From: Hormiphora californensis
Lineage: Eukaryota; Animalia; Ctenophora
Assembly: GCA_020137815.1 (NCBI GenBank)
Contig: CM035350.1
Coordinates: forward strand, 2,852,001 to 2,916,000
Direction: 5' to 3'
DNA: 64,000 nucleotides
Part shown: positions 28,089-37,964 of the stretch, piece by piece
Numbering within the stretch: the stretch's first letter is position 1
Layout of the letters: every line of letters starts with the position of its first letter
Notes under the pieces: generated by a model
What the model saw: the letters and a program-made list of their open reading frames with translations, nothing else
Database searches by the model: none
What the model was told of the DNA's origin: nothing
Position numbers and translations under genes: made by a program

Positions 28089-31000
28089 ATTCTGATTTTC
28101 CAGGTGAACTAACAGAGTTTATTCGTGTCGATGGATCCCGAGGGGCCATCGTGATAGGGCATAGTGAATCTTGTAAAAGGGAATATTTACTAAGAGATAA
28201 GCTCGGAGAGATGAATCTACACATAACTATATCCGGGAATAAATTAATTATTAAAGGTACTATCCCCCCCCCCTGTTGTAATTTGATTATTACCCCCTCA
28301 GAAACCCCAAATTATAATTTTCTTGGTCCAGGCATTGATCTTATGGCAAGACTACCAATTCCTCTCGATGTAGAATGTGATAACAATGACACTATAATGT
28401 GGCGTGAGTCCGTAAATCGCTGAATTATTCCCCCCATTGAAAGTTCTTGACACAGTGTCAGGCGACTCAAGAAAGTTCCAGTGATTTCGTTGTCTCATAC
28501 AAGACCTTCCTCTTCGCACCTGGCCGCATCAAGGTTGCACGGTGTACAGTCAGTGCAGTGTCTGACATTGATTTCGTAGATCGCTGAACAGTGAACACAG
28601 CATTCAGCATTGCTCCCCATTGAAAGTTCCAGTGATTTCGAGGCTGTCTGAATGAATGAGCTGCAAAGAATGACCCATAAAATCAGATCTTTACTCCGGG
28701 TGAAAATGTAGCATTCTCTCACTCTGTATTCTCCTAGGATATGAAGATAATGTTATTGTGTTCAATCGGAATTCAGAAGATCTAGACAAATGTAGGAGGA
28801 AGGAGGTACCCGCTGCCGTTACGATTGCATTCCACACTACTGGAGATAACAGGGCAACCTACAGCTTCCCTACCGCCGGTAATGATCATGTTCCCTCTCG
28901 GAGAGTGGTACAACGGGTGCATAATCGGGTACAACCAGTACTAATTGCTTATTGATCCTTTGTTACAGGTGTTGGCTGTGTTAGTTGTAAGTGCAATGTG
29001 AATGGAACCTCTGACCTCGAATGTGACCCCCTCTCTGGGAAGTGTTCTTGTCATCCCGGGGTCCAGGGAGATAAGTGTGACGGCTGCAGTTCTGGATTCT
29101 ATGGTCTCACCAGCCTGGGACACTGTACAGGTACGCGCGGGACGCCAACTCCCTTAAACTGGTGAAAGCGCGCGAACAACAAAAGACGCGCGGCCCTCGC
29201 CGCCCACATTTCAAACGGTCCTTTTTTAATTTTATTTTACCGTTCCCAAATTTAAAGACATACAATTACACATTCTAACAAATATACTGTCATTCTAATT
29301 TACCTCTCCCCGCAGCATGTGACTGTAATATGTGGGGCTCTAATGGGACGGATTGTGATAAGGCGACGGGACAGTGTGAGTGTTTACCCGGTATGGAGGG
29401 TAGAAACTGTGACATTTGCACTGCCGAGGAGTGGTCTGTAATTACCGAGCAGGGATGTGAGGAGTGCACTGGGTGTAGTAGGGTGTTAAAGGAATATGTA
29501 GGGGAGATATCGGATGAAATCGGAAGGACTATCCGACTGAAGGAGAGAGGGGGACGAGCAGAACAAGACGTTGAGATACTGTACCAAATTAAACAACAAT
29601 CAATCCTAACAAGAGTAAGTTGAATTTAGGGGAATCTCCCATTTAGTACCCATATATATATTTCTACTAATACAATCTAGTTCAACTTATATCCCTGTTT
29701 CAGAAAGCGGCCTATGATTCGATTGGAGGTTTTGATGCCTTCAAGAGACAATGGGGCACAGAAAACCCCGTCGGTGTGGGGAGTGTCAAATATCAATACA
29801 ACAGGATATCAACAAACCTACTGTCTATCGTTGAAGAGGTATAAATATTATAGTGACCAACCTACACCTCCCACCCCCGGCATGTGGGGACTCCCCACAT
29901 TCCGGGCTGTTCCTGGTAGTAAAATTACAGCAAATTACACAAATTCGACCAGTCACAAGTAATTCTCTATATCCCACCCTTTCTCACACTAATCAGCTCA
30001 TGACCTCTTCACTTGGTTTTAGATTGAATTGATTGATGATACTGCAAGAATGAGACACGGCAGTCTGGATAGTTTGGTAGAGGCTGTGACAGGAGCTGAA
30101 ACGGCTTACAATGCCATTCTAAGCAGCTTGAGGAACAGTAGCGAACAAGTTGGGGAAATTCACATCACAACTGCCCCCACTGAGCAGGTGAGAGAGATAG
30201 AGATGATGGTAATGGTGAGAGAGGGCCTGTGTCGCGGTATTGTGAGGCCAATTCTCTGATATGACAGGAAAAGAGAGTGATTCAGATTTTACAACGCATT
30301 TTGTTTGTTAGGTTGAGAAGGCTATTTCTCAAAGTAAGAAGCTCATAAAGGATATGAAAGAGAGAATGATAGTCAAGGTTGACGATAGTTTTGTTGAAGA
30401 AATGGACACTCTCAATACAACAGTGTTTGCTAACTGTGAGTATTACTTCACTACCCCCCCCCCCCCCCAAAACTACCACTGTACCCCCTATTTGTCTTAC
30501 AGAGACTGCCCTCTCCGAACCGGGCGGGTGCAATACATTATAACAACCCCGGGTATAAAAGGGTTCCGGTTAGGCGGTTAATGCTGCATTATCTACCCCC
30601 TCCCCCATTAACTAACAATTATTAGACAATTTTGACCGGTGATCTAAGTTTTCACAGTGCACCGTTTCCGGTGGTAACAGTGCACTGTGAAAACTTAGAC
30701 CACTGCAAAACACTAGTAATTATAAAGTAAAATACCGTTGCAGTGGTATGTGAAAAATTAGACACTTTCTAGTCACACGCACACAGTGTAAACATTTACG
30801 TCACTACACAGTACTGCACACGCCCTAACCCTTATCTTTTCTTCCGCAACTATAGGTCACGTGATCGTCACGTGATGGCACCACCCCAATGAGCGTCCTG
30901 CATCTGCTTTCCCTCTCTGCCTTCGATTCTCTCTTTCCCTATCTCTCTCTCACACACATTCTCTTTCTAAGAGAAAGATTCTCTCTCTCTCTCTCACTCA

Positions 31001-34000
31001 ATACTTATCTCGTTCACTCAGTTTGTTTTCAAAATCATCTAATAAAATTAGATGACTGCTTTTACATGCTCTATTACACAACAATAATGTTAAAGATTCT
31101 TTCACTTTTAGGCCTCGCAGGCTCGGCCCAAAAGTACAACTACAGAGCTCGCAGGCTCGCTCAGTAGTTACACTTAGCGTGCCTCGCAGGCTCGGCAGCT
31201 AAGTAAAAGGATCTACCTCGACCTATCGGTCTCGGTTCATTATTGTTGTATTTAGAACACTCGGCCTTCGGCCTCGTGCACTAAATAGTAATAGACCATT
31301 TTAACCAGTCATCTAATCATATAATAATTCTCAGTTGGAGCATTGGTAAGGACGGACCTGGCAACATTAACCCAGCAAGTGGCAGCCCTATCTCTCGGCA
31401 TGAAGGGATCTCATGCCCACACTGTAACCGAGATATTATCACCGATTGATACCTTCAGAAAACTAAGTGATAGCATCACGGCCCAGTTGACCAACTATCA
31501 GCAGTCAATCACTGGCAGACAGAAGAGTCTGGAGGGTAGGATTGATGCCATGGAGATCCCAGTCCAAGAAGAGATGGACCTGGGACTTGAAATGTTGGGG
31601 CAATTGGTCAAAACTGCACAGAGAAATGGAGAGAGAACTGCTGCCTTCCTTGAAAGAGGTATGTTACTTGTTTGGTAGTGCAATTTTGAACATAAATGTG
31701 CATGGCTCGGCAGTTTCTGCTAAACAAGCCGTAGTACGCTGTGTAGCACACTGTTAAATGGTTGCTATGGTAATACTACCATATTTTTAGTTGCTATGGT
31801 AACACTGCTCTCATTTTAGTTGGTAAGGTGGAGCCTAGAGAGATTTCTGCAGGAGAGAAGCTATCCTGTAAAGCGCTGAAACAACTTGTTGACTCTCCTA
31901 TGGAACATGTTCAGGTATAACATTGGGGGGGGGGTCCAGCCCTAAAAAAAGCTAAAGGTACCCTGATTTTGGTCGATGGCTTTTTTTAGCTTTTTTTAGC
32001 TTTTTTTAGCTTTTTTAGCCCTACTTTTTATGTTTTTTCAGCATTCATCTTGACATTTTTCCATTAAATTTTCATCCTTCCGGACGTCTATTGACTGCAT
32101 TTGTTCATTTCCTGCACATTTTTTTACCATAATCTACCGTTTATGTCCATACATAGCAATTTCTGTATCCACCCCTACTGCCATTTTCTGGAGACATTTT
32201 TTCGATAAAATATTATTCAAATTTGATAAAAATAGTTTTAAAAAAGTTCAAAAAACGTTATAAAACGTTATAATAAAAGTTTAAAAAATTTGGCGTCAGC
32301 GGGATTCGAACCTATATGAATCCACTAAAAACTCAATTTTAGCTTTTTTTAGCTTTTTTTATCCTAAAAAAAGCTAAAAAAAAGCTAAAAAAAAGCTAAA
32401 GGTACCCTGATTTTGGCCGATGGCTTAGCTTTTTTTTAAGGGCTGGACCCCCCCAACATTGGACTCCATACTCCCTAGTACATATACCCTAGTACATATA
32501 CCCCTTGCTCCTTACCCCTCCCGTCTTAAACTCACCACTAGTCCTGGTTACGAAGCCATGACTGGTCAGTCACCCATTTACGGGGCGTTCGCGCACGGAG
32601 GGGTAATTTCATTACCAACCACTAGTCACTACTTCTTCCCCCTGAATTTTCAGTAACCTTAGTAACCTGTCAGGCCAATGCTCTGACCACAGTTCTCGCG
32701 CGTTCCGAAATTAGAATAGGGTCAGGCCAATGCTCTGACAGTTAGTAACCCTGTAAATTCTTTTCAGGTTGTTGCCTCTCTCCAGAGTTTCAACAAAAAC
32801 GCTACAGAGTTATCTAACCTCGTCTACCCACTCTCTGATTTAGAAGTTCCATCTTGGGACGATCTGGGAGATCGACAGAGAAAGGTTCAAACTTTCAGCG
32901 AGATTATCCTAGACCTATCTGCACAAACATCTTCCCTCGCTGGAAAGGTGGCAACTGATAACTTGGAGGGGCAGCTCAGTGCCCAGTTAGCCAGGGAGAA
33001 TGGCCTGAAGAGGAGATATGATGGAGCGAGTGAGAGTCTAGAGAATGTTAGACCTCCCAGTAGCCGGTCTTTAAAAGAAATCGAAAAGAAGATCAGGAAA
33101 CTGAAGAGATCCAACTCTGAGACGAAACAAATCGAGAGAACCATTTCTAAAGTTGGAAGGAAGGTTTCTGGGTATTCTGACTCGGTCAATGAACATGAGA
33201 GGTTATTGGATTCACTGAGCCAGTCAGTGGAGGATACGACCGGTGAAATTCAGAGGAGACTCCTACCCAAACTAAAGGTTGTTAGTTTGACTGACAAGAT
33301 GCGGGATTTAGAGGAGAGGATGAGTGCCATCCGAAACAAGATGGCTCTAGCGAGAGAGGGACTATCTCGGTTACCTATTGGGATCAATATGGTGAGTGGT
33401 TCCATCAAAATACCTCTCCCTCAACTGATTAAGAGGAGTACCCAGTACACTGGTATATCACTATACTTCCGATCCACGGCCACTACGGGCACTCTCCTCT
33501 TCCTGGGAAGTCCCTCCTCTCAGGAGATGCTAAAACTCAGTTTGGTGGATGGGAAACTGCAGTTACAATTTGATCTGGGTGATGGGCAGGGTGCCAGGAT
33601 AGTCGCTGATACAAAGGTAGCGGATGGGGAATGGAGAGAGGTGAGGGTGTCCAGAAGTGGGAATACAGGTTACATGTCTGTTACTAAATCATCTGGTATG
33701 ACTAACAGTTACAAGGGGCAGGCTACTGGTCGGATGTTGGAGCTGATGGAACTGGGAGAGGACTCCTTCCTCTGTGTTGGTTGTACTTCCACTTCCACTG
33801 ATCCTTTCCAAGGATCCATTTCAAGAATGAGGCTGAATGACTCCCCGGTTGGGTTATGGAATCTGACCGAGGATGCTGGTGATGTAGGGCCAGTTCAGGT
33901 GGTCAACCACTACAAGAAGCTGTACTCTCTAGCTCCTACTGATGGTTTGTGTATGAGGGGGTGGGGTTATGCGGTCTACCCATGTAGTGGCATCTCTTTA

Positions 34001-35444
34001 TCCCCCGGCAGGAGTACTTCTATCGATGTTCAGTTCCAGACTTTAGACACTCAGGGGGTACTGTTCTCGTTCAGGAACGTAGACAGCTCTGAGGCGATCA
34101 CCCTCTCACTTGATGGCGATGTTCTAGTTCTAACCACCCCCGAAGGAGAGGAGAGGTCTCCTAGCTTGGTTGTGTCGGACTACAATATCCATACCGTAAC
34201 TGTAACTCTGAACCCTGGTGTCACATTGGAGGTGGATGGTAATAAGGTCCTCAGTTTCTCTCTCTCCTCTCCCCTCGACTGGGACGCAGGGTCCTGTAAG
34301 GAGATGTGGTTGGGAGGGGATGGTGGTAATTTCAGTAGTGTAGGGGGTATCCTACATGGCGTCTCAGTAGACGGTATTACACTCTCTGTGGACGAGAGAG
34401 ATGCCCAGGAGTTTAATGGCATGGCTGGGGCCTGCATCAACAAGTACGCATTACCCGGTATCACATTTGGCGGCACCGGGTATGTCCAATACGCTGAGTC
34501 TGGGAATAGTTTTACAAAACAGTGGTCTATGGAGTTGAGTATCAGAACAAATCTACCTGCCGGAGTTCTTGCATTCGCTACACACCAACTAGGTAATTAG
34601 ATGATTGATAGTGGTCTTTTTAAAAGTAGAATTGATAGACGTGGACGATTTGATAGCAAGTCGATTCCATAAGCCATAAGCGATGTAAGATATGGAAGGG
34701 AATTAGTTTCTAAAATAATGCTAAAAAACACGCCTACAACACCCCTAATATTTATTACTAATACCCCTGTCCCCTTCAGGTTTTTATTCCTATGCTCTGT
34801 CGATCAGCGAGGGTCAGGTGTTTTTCACACTGGTCCGAATGGGAAGTGCTGACAGTCATTCAGCTGCAGTTAAAGTTGATGATGGAGTGTGGCATTTCAT
34901 TAGGATATCTAGAGATGACACACAGCTTACTCTTGTGGTTGATGGGTAAGTTGTTACCATAGCAACTATCCCGCTTATGGTTACCATAGCAACCTCACTA
35001 ACGCTATCCCATTTACTCCTCCATAGTAACCACACTCCCCTGCCCAGGTATACTTCTACCAAGACGCTGGGAAGGTTTGGGGATGTTCCAACAAACTCTG
35101 GATTGTTCCTGGGCGGTGTTCCCTCCTCGTTTACCATGACAACCCCTGGTGTAACTCAACTCCTTCCCTTCCGGGGCTCCATGCGATCTATTGCTGTTAA
35201 TAATGAGTAAGTGAAATGAACCATATTCACATATTGTGACCAATGACTATCCATTCATGCAACTGTTGTATAACCATGGCCTGGTTACTGGCATGGTTAC
35301 TGTCATGGCGTCCGACAACTATCTAATAAACTGTATTTCAGAGCTATTGATCTCGAAGAGTATGGCGATGTGCAAGGTACTGTTTCTCTAGCCGGAGTAT
35401 CCCTTAGAAATGTCAAACCGGCCTACAAAACTATTGAAGTTTAA
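1..35444 (+). CDS. Laminin alpha chain-like protein (multi-exon; start codon just upstream of window)
   Basis: Spliced exons 1-85 (end of signal peptide, FNLVKRLK), 208-287 (ITASNTCG), 374-648 and 850-1711 form an LN domain (WWQS, SPRP, GRCSCNGHA). Many laminin-EGF exons follow (2010-2187, 2545-2644, 8824-9070, 21575-21853, 22717-22927, 28969-29130). Globular L4/LF-type exons lie at about 2800-7130 and 9600-21180, coiled coil at about 29470-33370, and LG domains in ORF 32948-34600 plus exons about 34780-34945, 35049-35206 and 35342-35444 (stop TAA 35442-35444). One +1 frameshift near 1338. Confidence 0.93.
1747..1855. mobile_element. hAT-type MITE (109 bp)
   Basis: TIR CAGGAACCGACCGA...TCGGTCGGTTCCTG flanked by an 8-bp target-site duplication GTTTCTAT (1739-1746 and 1856-1863). 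Confidence 0.9.
3047..3614. mobile_element. Poly-G/poly-C-ended non-autonomous element with 10-bp subterminal repeats
   Basis: Ends GGGGGGTTATCATGGTGAC...GTCACCATGATTACCCCCC; ATGGTGACAA/TTGTCACCAT arrays at both ends; flanking duplication TTGTCAC. Confidence 0.75.
5925..6243. repeat. Intronic minisatellite, about 25-nt unit, core GTTGCTATGGTAAC
   Basis: About 12 consecutive variants of (TGTCAT)GTTGYTATGGTAACCA directly after a laminin donor site. Confidence 0.9.
7395..8309. mobile_element. Non-autonomous Tc1/mariner-like element with long TIRs
   Basis: About 190-bp imperfect TIRs (TTAGGTCATCCAGTATTGATTGTCG...CGACAATCAATACTGGATGACCTAA) with TA on both sides; no transposase ORF. Confidence 0.8.
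8367..8783. mobile_element. hAT-type foldback MITE
   Basis: Termini TAGGGTTATC...GATAACCCTA; nearly the whole element is an imperfect inverted repeat; 8-bp TSD GTAACCAT (8359-8366, 8784-8791). Confidence 0.85.
9891..10773 (+). mobile_element. Hairpin-rich interspersed repeat, copy 1 (Crypton-like termini)
   Basis: Highly similar to 30621-31323, 54720-55584 and 55961-56719; both ends carry TAGAC(A/C)ATTTTAACC(G/A)GT(T/C)ATCTAA; internal (GA)n/(CT)n tracts. Confidence 0.8.
11085..12152 (-). CDS. Rhodopsin-class (class A) GPCR, intronless, nested antisense in laminin intron
   Basis: 355-aa ORF with seven hydrophobic segments: TM1 GAPGN, TM2 LICCVD, TM3 SVSRT at the DRY position, ECL2 Cys, TM7 NPVIY. 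Lies in laminin intron 10901-20358. Confidence 0.9.
   Translation of the reverse strand: MVATPWNPHVKFLPIAWYFPGYRDWDHFLALILFLTLLVGAPGNITALFYFCFTAKKDIVTCLYLLICCVDTLTVLFSIPVFLSLLSYREPRWFASEDLCFGWAAVWGTLLEASLFLTLVLSVSRTIVIARPFVRIKKKHIAIVLCVWLAWKVIEGGLFHFTSDYTIIFTSSASYCVFVPNTTVSTNIGAWEMVPNLSYIIPCFLVLFSFVISVVCLMRNNIGGTAANQRASITIATLTGLFLATTTPFIVIDIFYLVDMVAGTYPAPHFMGVFMYWYSVAPDPCSVTLVLTPPFNPVIYLLKVPNYTKWVAGHLLKRAGGNNTTQSINHGGDHRSYGGGSHRYHGGSQTTEAVL
12720..13058. repeat. Diverged direct repeat, copy A (partner about 19930-20295)
   Basis: Shared blocks include TGCTAAATCGATTATGTT, TGCATTGGCCACATGAAA, ACTGCCGGTATATCGAGTGTGTA and GTTGTGGTTTAT. Confidence 0.75.
13478..18683 (-). pseudogene. LDLa-repeat class A GPCR (GRL101/RXFP-like, no LRR), intronless, disrupted by LINE insertion
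   Basis: ORF 13478-15616 has LDLa repeats (CDGVTHCKDGLDEC, CDGRPNCKNGHDE, CDGVKDCENGRDEC) and a 7TM ending NSLLNPIFY. Signal peptide MIGFLLLFALTNAGDLVVVS (from 18683) joins it in frame once 15657-18623 and one TSD copy are removed. Confidence 0.88.
15657..18623 (-). mobile_element. 5'-truncated non-LTR retrotransposon with RT + RNase H (I-group, R1/LOA-like)
   Basis: ORF 15830-18406: RT (QYGFR, LDIEGAFD, GCPQGGILSP, FADD), RNase H (HTDGSK, AEMYAI, CDSQ, WIPAH..GNE.AD) and a C-terminal zinc knuckle. (GAA)n tail; 7-bp TSD GGATACT at 15650-15656 and 18624-18630; no endonuclease domain. Confidence 0.92.
18703..19144. mobile_element. MITE with about 110-bp TIRs
   Basis: AGGTGACCAGTAGTTGACCAGAGAAAAAGTGAGCGG... 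is inverted at 19035-19144. It sits 20 bp upstream of the LDLa-GPCR ATG. No clear TSD. Confidence 0.8.
19526..19838 (-). mobile_element. Non-autonomous Helitron, copy 1
   Basis: On the minus strand it begins TC, ends with hairpin GCGCACCCAATGGGTGTGC plus CTAG, and sits between A and T. Near-identical copy at 21219-21510. Confidence 0.85.
19930..20295. repeat. Diverged direct repeat, copy B (partner about 12720-13058)
   Basis: Same conserved blocks as copy A, in the same order. Confidence 0.75.
21219..21510 (-). mobile_element. Non-autonomous Helitron, copy 2
   Basis: Same 5' TC and 3' hairpin-CTAG structure and internal sequence as 19526-19838. Confidence 0.85.
21832..22028. repeat. Minisatellite (about 38-41-nt unit) spanning a laminin exon end and donor
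   Basis: Five copies of GTACCTACAATCCCTTATTA(G/T)GT(A/G)AG(A/G)TTTGGCACC. Confidence 0.9.
23108..28878 (+). CDS. Four symmetric phase-1 exons encoding a 138-aa non-laminin domain inside a laminin LE module
   Basis: Exons 23108-23239, 28104-28172, 28332-28403 and 28738-28878 are AG/GT-bounded, stop-free and 132/69/72/141 nt long, in phase with flanking laminin exons ending 22927 and starting 28969. Confidence 0.75.
23303..28045 (+). mobile_element. CR1-like LINE, near full length, frameshifted
   Basis: ORF1 remnants include a CCCH-type finger (CKFLKRGICKHG...CPLYHP) and a Pro-rich tail. ORF2 from about 24840 has APE (LTETHL, VYRPP, GDFN, LDLV, SDH) and RT (NYRPVSL, QHGFR, LFADD). 3' end CACAGGTAAT-CACAGGTAAAAAA; inserted in a (CT)n tract. 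5' boundary approximate. Confidence 0.88.
30621..31323 (+). mobile_element. Hairpin-rich interspersed repeat, copy 2
   Basis: Same termini and body as 9891-10773. Confidence 0.8.
31925..32454. mobile_element. Poly-G/poly-C-ended non-autonomous element
   Basis: GGGGGGTCCAGCCCT...AGGGCTGGACCCCCC termini; AAAAAAGCT/AGCTTTTTT arrays; flanking duplication AACATTG. Confidence 0.75.
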
Positions 35445-35859
35445 AAACTGTAAAAAGGGACAATTTTATCTTGATTTTATACAGCTTTTTATGTTTTATA
35501 ACTTACTAACATTAACATACCGAAACTATTATATTGACAGTATTTTTTATATAATTTTCTATGATTTATACTACACAGAGTTTATTGGGTGAGAGTCACT
35601 ATAATTCACGATGATATCTGTATTCACTATTCGTTTCCATCTTCCTTATACCATCCTTGTAAAATATGTTGTTTTTAATTTGTTTACTTGTACCCAGATT
35701 TATGGAATGGGTTCTGGGTAAAAGGCCAAGGTTAAAATTGTTAATTAAACTAACAAAGGAGCGTCTAAAAAATTGAGTTGGGGGTTTCCTTTTTTCCTTT
35801 TTTTCAAAGTCGGAATTTTTGAAGTTAGTGCGCGCGCAAATTTTTTGCGCGCCTGTCAT

Positions 35860-36720
35860 GCGCGGCGTCGTGTGACTGTGAAAAACGGATTTTTTAAAGT
35901 TTTAAAGTGCGTTTCAAACGACTTGACCTGAGATTCCTGGAAATTCTTGGAATGCGTTGGAATGCGCTGCAGCCCCCTCATGCGCGCACCCCCGCAACGA
36001 GGGGACTGGAGGGAATGCCGCGCGCGCGTTTGGCCTGATCCCGGCTGGGTCGAAGATAACTTTGCGGTCGAAAAAACGGCGGTGCTTATAACTTTGGCTC
36101 CTGAAGTCCGTTTGACTTGATTCTTTCACCAGTTGTTAGATCTGACGATTATCTACCTTGCTGTTTTTGAGAGAAGTTAATTGGACTTAAGAAGGCTGAG
36201 CAATAGCCGTTGAAAGATGGGTTGTTTTTAAAAAGTGACGTCACAGATTCTTGCAGGGACACCTTTTTTAAAATTTCATTCAAATTTTGATTTTACCGCA
36301 CTCGATTTTGCGGAGTTTGGTTCATATCTCCTGTTCCTGATAAGATAGAGACCTGAAACCGGTTGCATTTGAAAGCTGTTATCTTCCTCTTTCCAACGCT
36401 ACCAAAACGATTTCTGTACCTTATCTGGAACCGGAGATATGATTGATTATGTATTCCCCCCTTGCGCGGTATTCCCTCCAGGCCCCTTATATTATATTAT
36501 AAGGGGCCTGCAACGTATGCCAATGGAAATTCAGGATTTCCCCTTTGTTTGGAATGCGCTGCAGCCCCCTCATGCGCGCACCCCCGCATAAGGGGCCTGC
36601 AACGTATGCCAACCCCTTTGTAAATACACGCGCAATGCGCCCAATTCCAAGAATTACGGGTCAAGTCGTTTGAAACGCACTTTAAATTTTCTTTGGACTT
36701 TTTTTGAAAAGAAGAAATCG
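35860..36720. repeat. Foldback/rearranged repeat upstream of the LINE
   Basis: 35903-35950 (TTTAAAGTGCGTTTCAAACGACTTGACC) is inverted at about 36640-36688; TTGGAATGCGCTGCAGCCCCCTCATGCGCGCACCCCCGCA occurs at about 35957 and 36549; hairpin CAGGCCCCTTAT...ATAAGGGGCCTG. Confidence 0.6.
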
Positions 36721-36743
36721 ACGTTTTTGAGCAGGTAGATCGA

Positions 36744-37964
36744 ATGTATCAACAGCCCACGATGGGCAGTCCCATGTCTGATAAAAGAGACGAGATGGCT
36801 GATCCACCCGATATCCAATGTGAGCTGGAGAAAGTTGAAGAAATGCTCACCCAAATGAACCTGTTTAGCCTGCTACAAGATAACGGAGAAATGTCTGGAA
36901 ACACCGAACGTACGGTCAGTAGAAATGACTTATGGAAGGTTATAAAGGTCGCCTATAGAGCGCTTTGGAACGAAGCTACCCAATGCAACAAACCAGCTCA
37001 GAATGATAATAACAATGACGCAAATATCCTCGTCAAACTTGCAAAACAACAAGATGAACGGTTTATCCAATTCCGGGAAGAACTCCAGCTGACTGTCAAA
37101 GAAACCATTCAGCAACTCCAACCATCTTATGCCCAACTTGCTATGTCTGGAAAACCTTCCACCCCCTCCATTCCTACAGTGCTCCCAGCTGCCATACCTC
37201 TTACTGCCCCTCCAACAAAACCATCATACAGGAAAATCGTCGTTGACTGCAAGGAGGCTGATGTTGATGAAGTACACAGGCTCAGTGAGACTGCCCTGTC
37301 TAAAACGAAAGTCTCTCGGTTGGTCAAGACGAAAAATGCGGTGATCATTACTGTGCCCAGTACTGATGGTGATAAGGCAGCAGATGCCCTCAATAAGGAC
37401 CTCTCTTCAACAACTGTCAGAGTTCGATCCGAACCCACTTGCAAGATAACAGTCCTCAACTTCCCTCTTACTGATTCCATGAGGCAAACTACTGATCGCT
37501 CGGTGAGGTGCCAGGAAATACTTGGTATGCTTAAGGAGAAAAATGAGCAACTGGACAATGATAACATTGATGTGATATACTACAGGGTAAATGATCGTGT
37601 CCCTGATACATGTACAATTGGACTAAGGCTGCCTACTACAATCAAACGGCAGATACTGGGACAAGGAGTAGTCTATGTTGGTTATATGGCGTGTAGGGTG
37701 GTGGATCGTGTGCGGGTTATTCAGTGTTATAATTGTCAGGACTTCCACCACACGCAAGATGTGTGTAACAGACGTCCAGTGTGTACCCACTGTTCTCAAG
37801 AACATTCTTCTAAAGACTGTACGGCAAAATCTAACGAAAGTTTCACTCCTAAATGTAATAACTGTTCTGTTGCGAAAAAGTCAGATGTTGCCCATGCTGC
37901 AAACAGTCGAGATTGTCCCTTGTATCTGTCTAAGTTCAATGAAGCTCGTTCAAAAAACCAGTAG
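36744..37964 (+). CDS. LINE ORF1 (gag-like, zinc knuckles)
   Basis: 406 aa with QCYNCQDFHHTQDVC, CTHCSQEHSSKDC and CNNC...HAANSRDCP knuckles. Confidence 0.88.
   Translation: MYQQPTMGSPMSDKRDEMADPPDIQCELEKVEEMLTQMNLFSLLQDNGEMSGNTERTVSRNDLWKVIKVAYRALWNEATQCNKPAQNDNNNDANILVKLAKQQDERFIQFREELQLTVKETIQQLQPSYAQLAMSGKPSTPSIPTVLPAAIPLTAPPTKPSYRKIVVDCKEADVDEVHRLSETALSKTKVSRLVKTKNAVIITVPSTDGDKAADALNKDLSSTTVRVRSEPTCKITVLNFPLTDSMRQTTDRSVRCQEILGMLKEKNEQLDNDNIDVIYYRVNDRVPDTCTIGLRLPTTIKRQILGQGVVYVGYMACRVVDRVRVIQCYNCQDFHHTQDVCNRRPVCTHCSQEHSSKDCTAKSNESFTPKCNNCSVAKKSDVAHAANSRDCPLYLSKFNEARSKNQ

Noticed and set aside
32290-32316. tRNA-like GGTTCGAATCCCGCTGACGCCA on the minus strand
   Set aside because: Only a T-arm/B-box and 3' acceptor half inside a transposon; no D-arm or anticodon arm.
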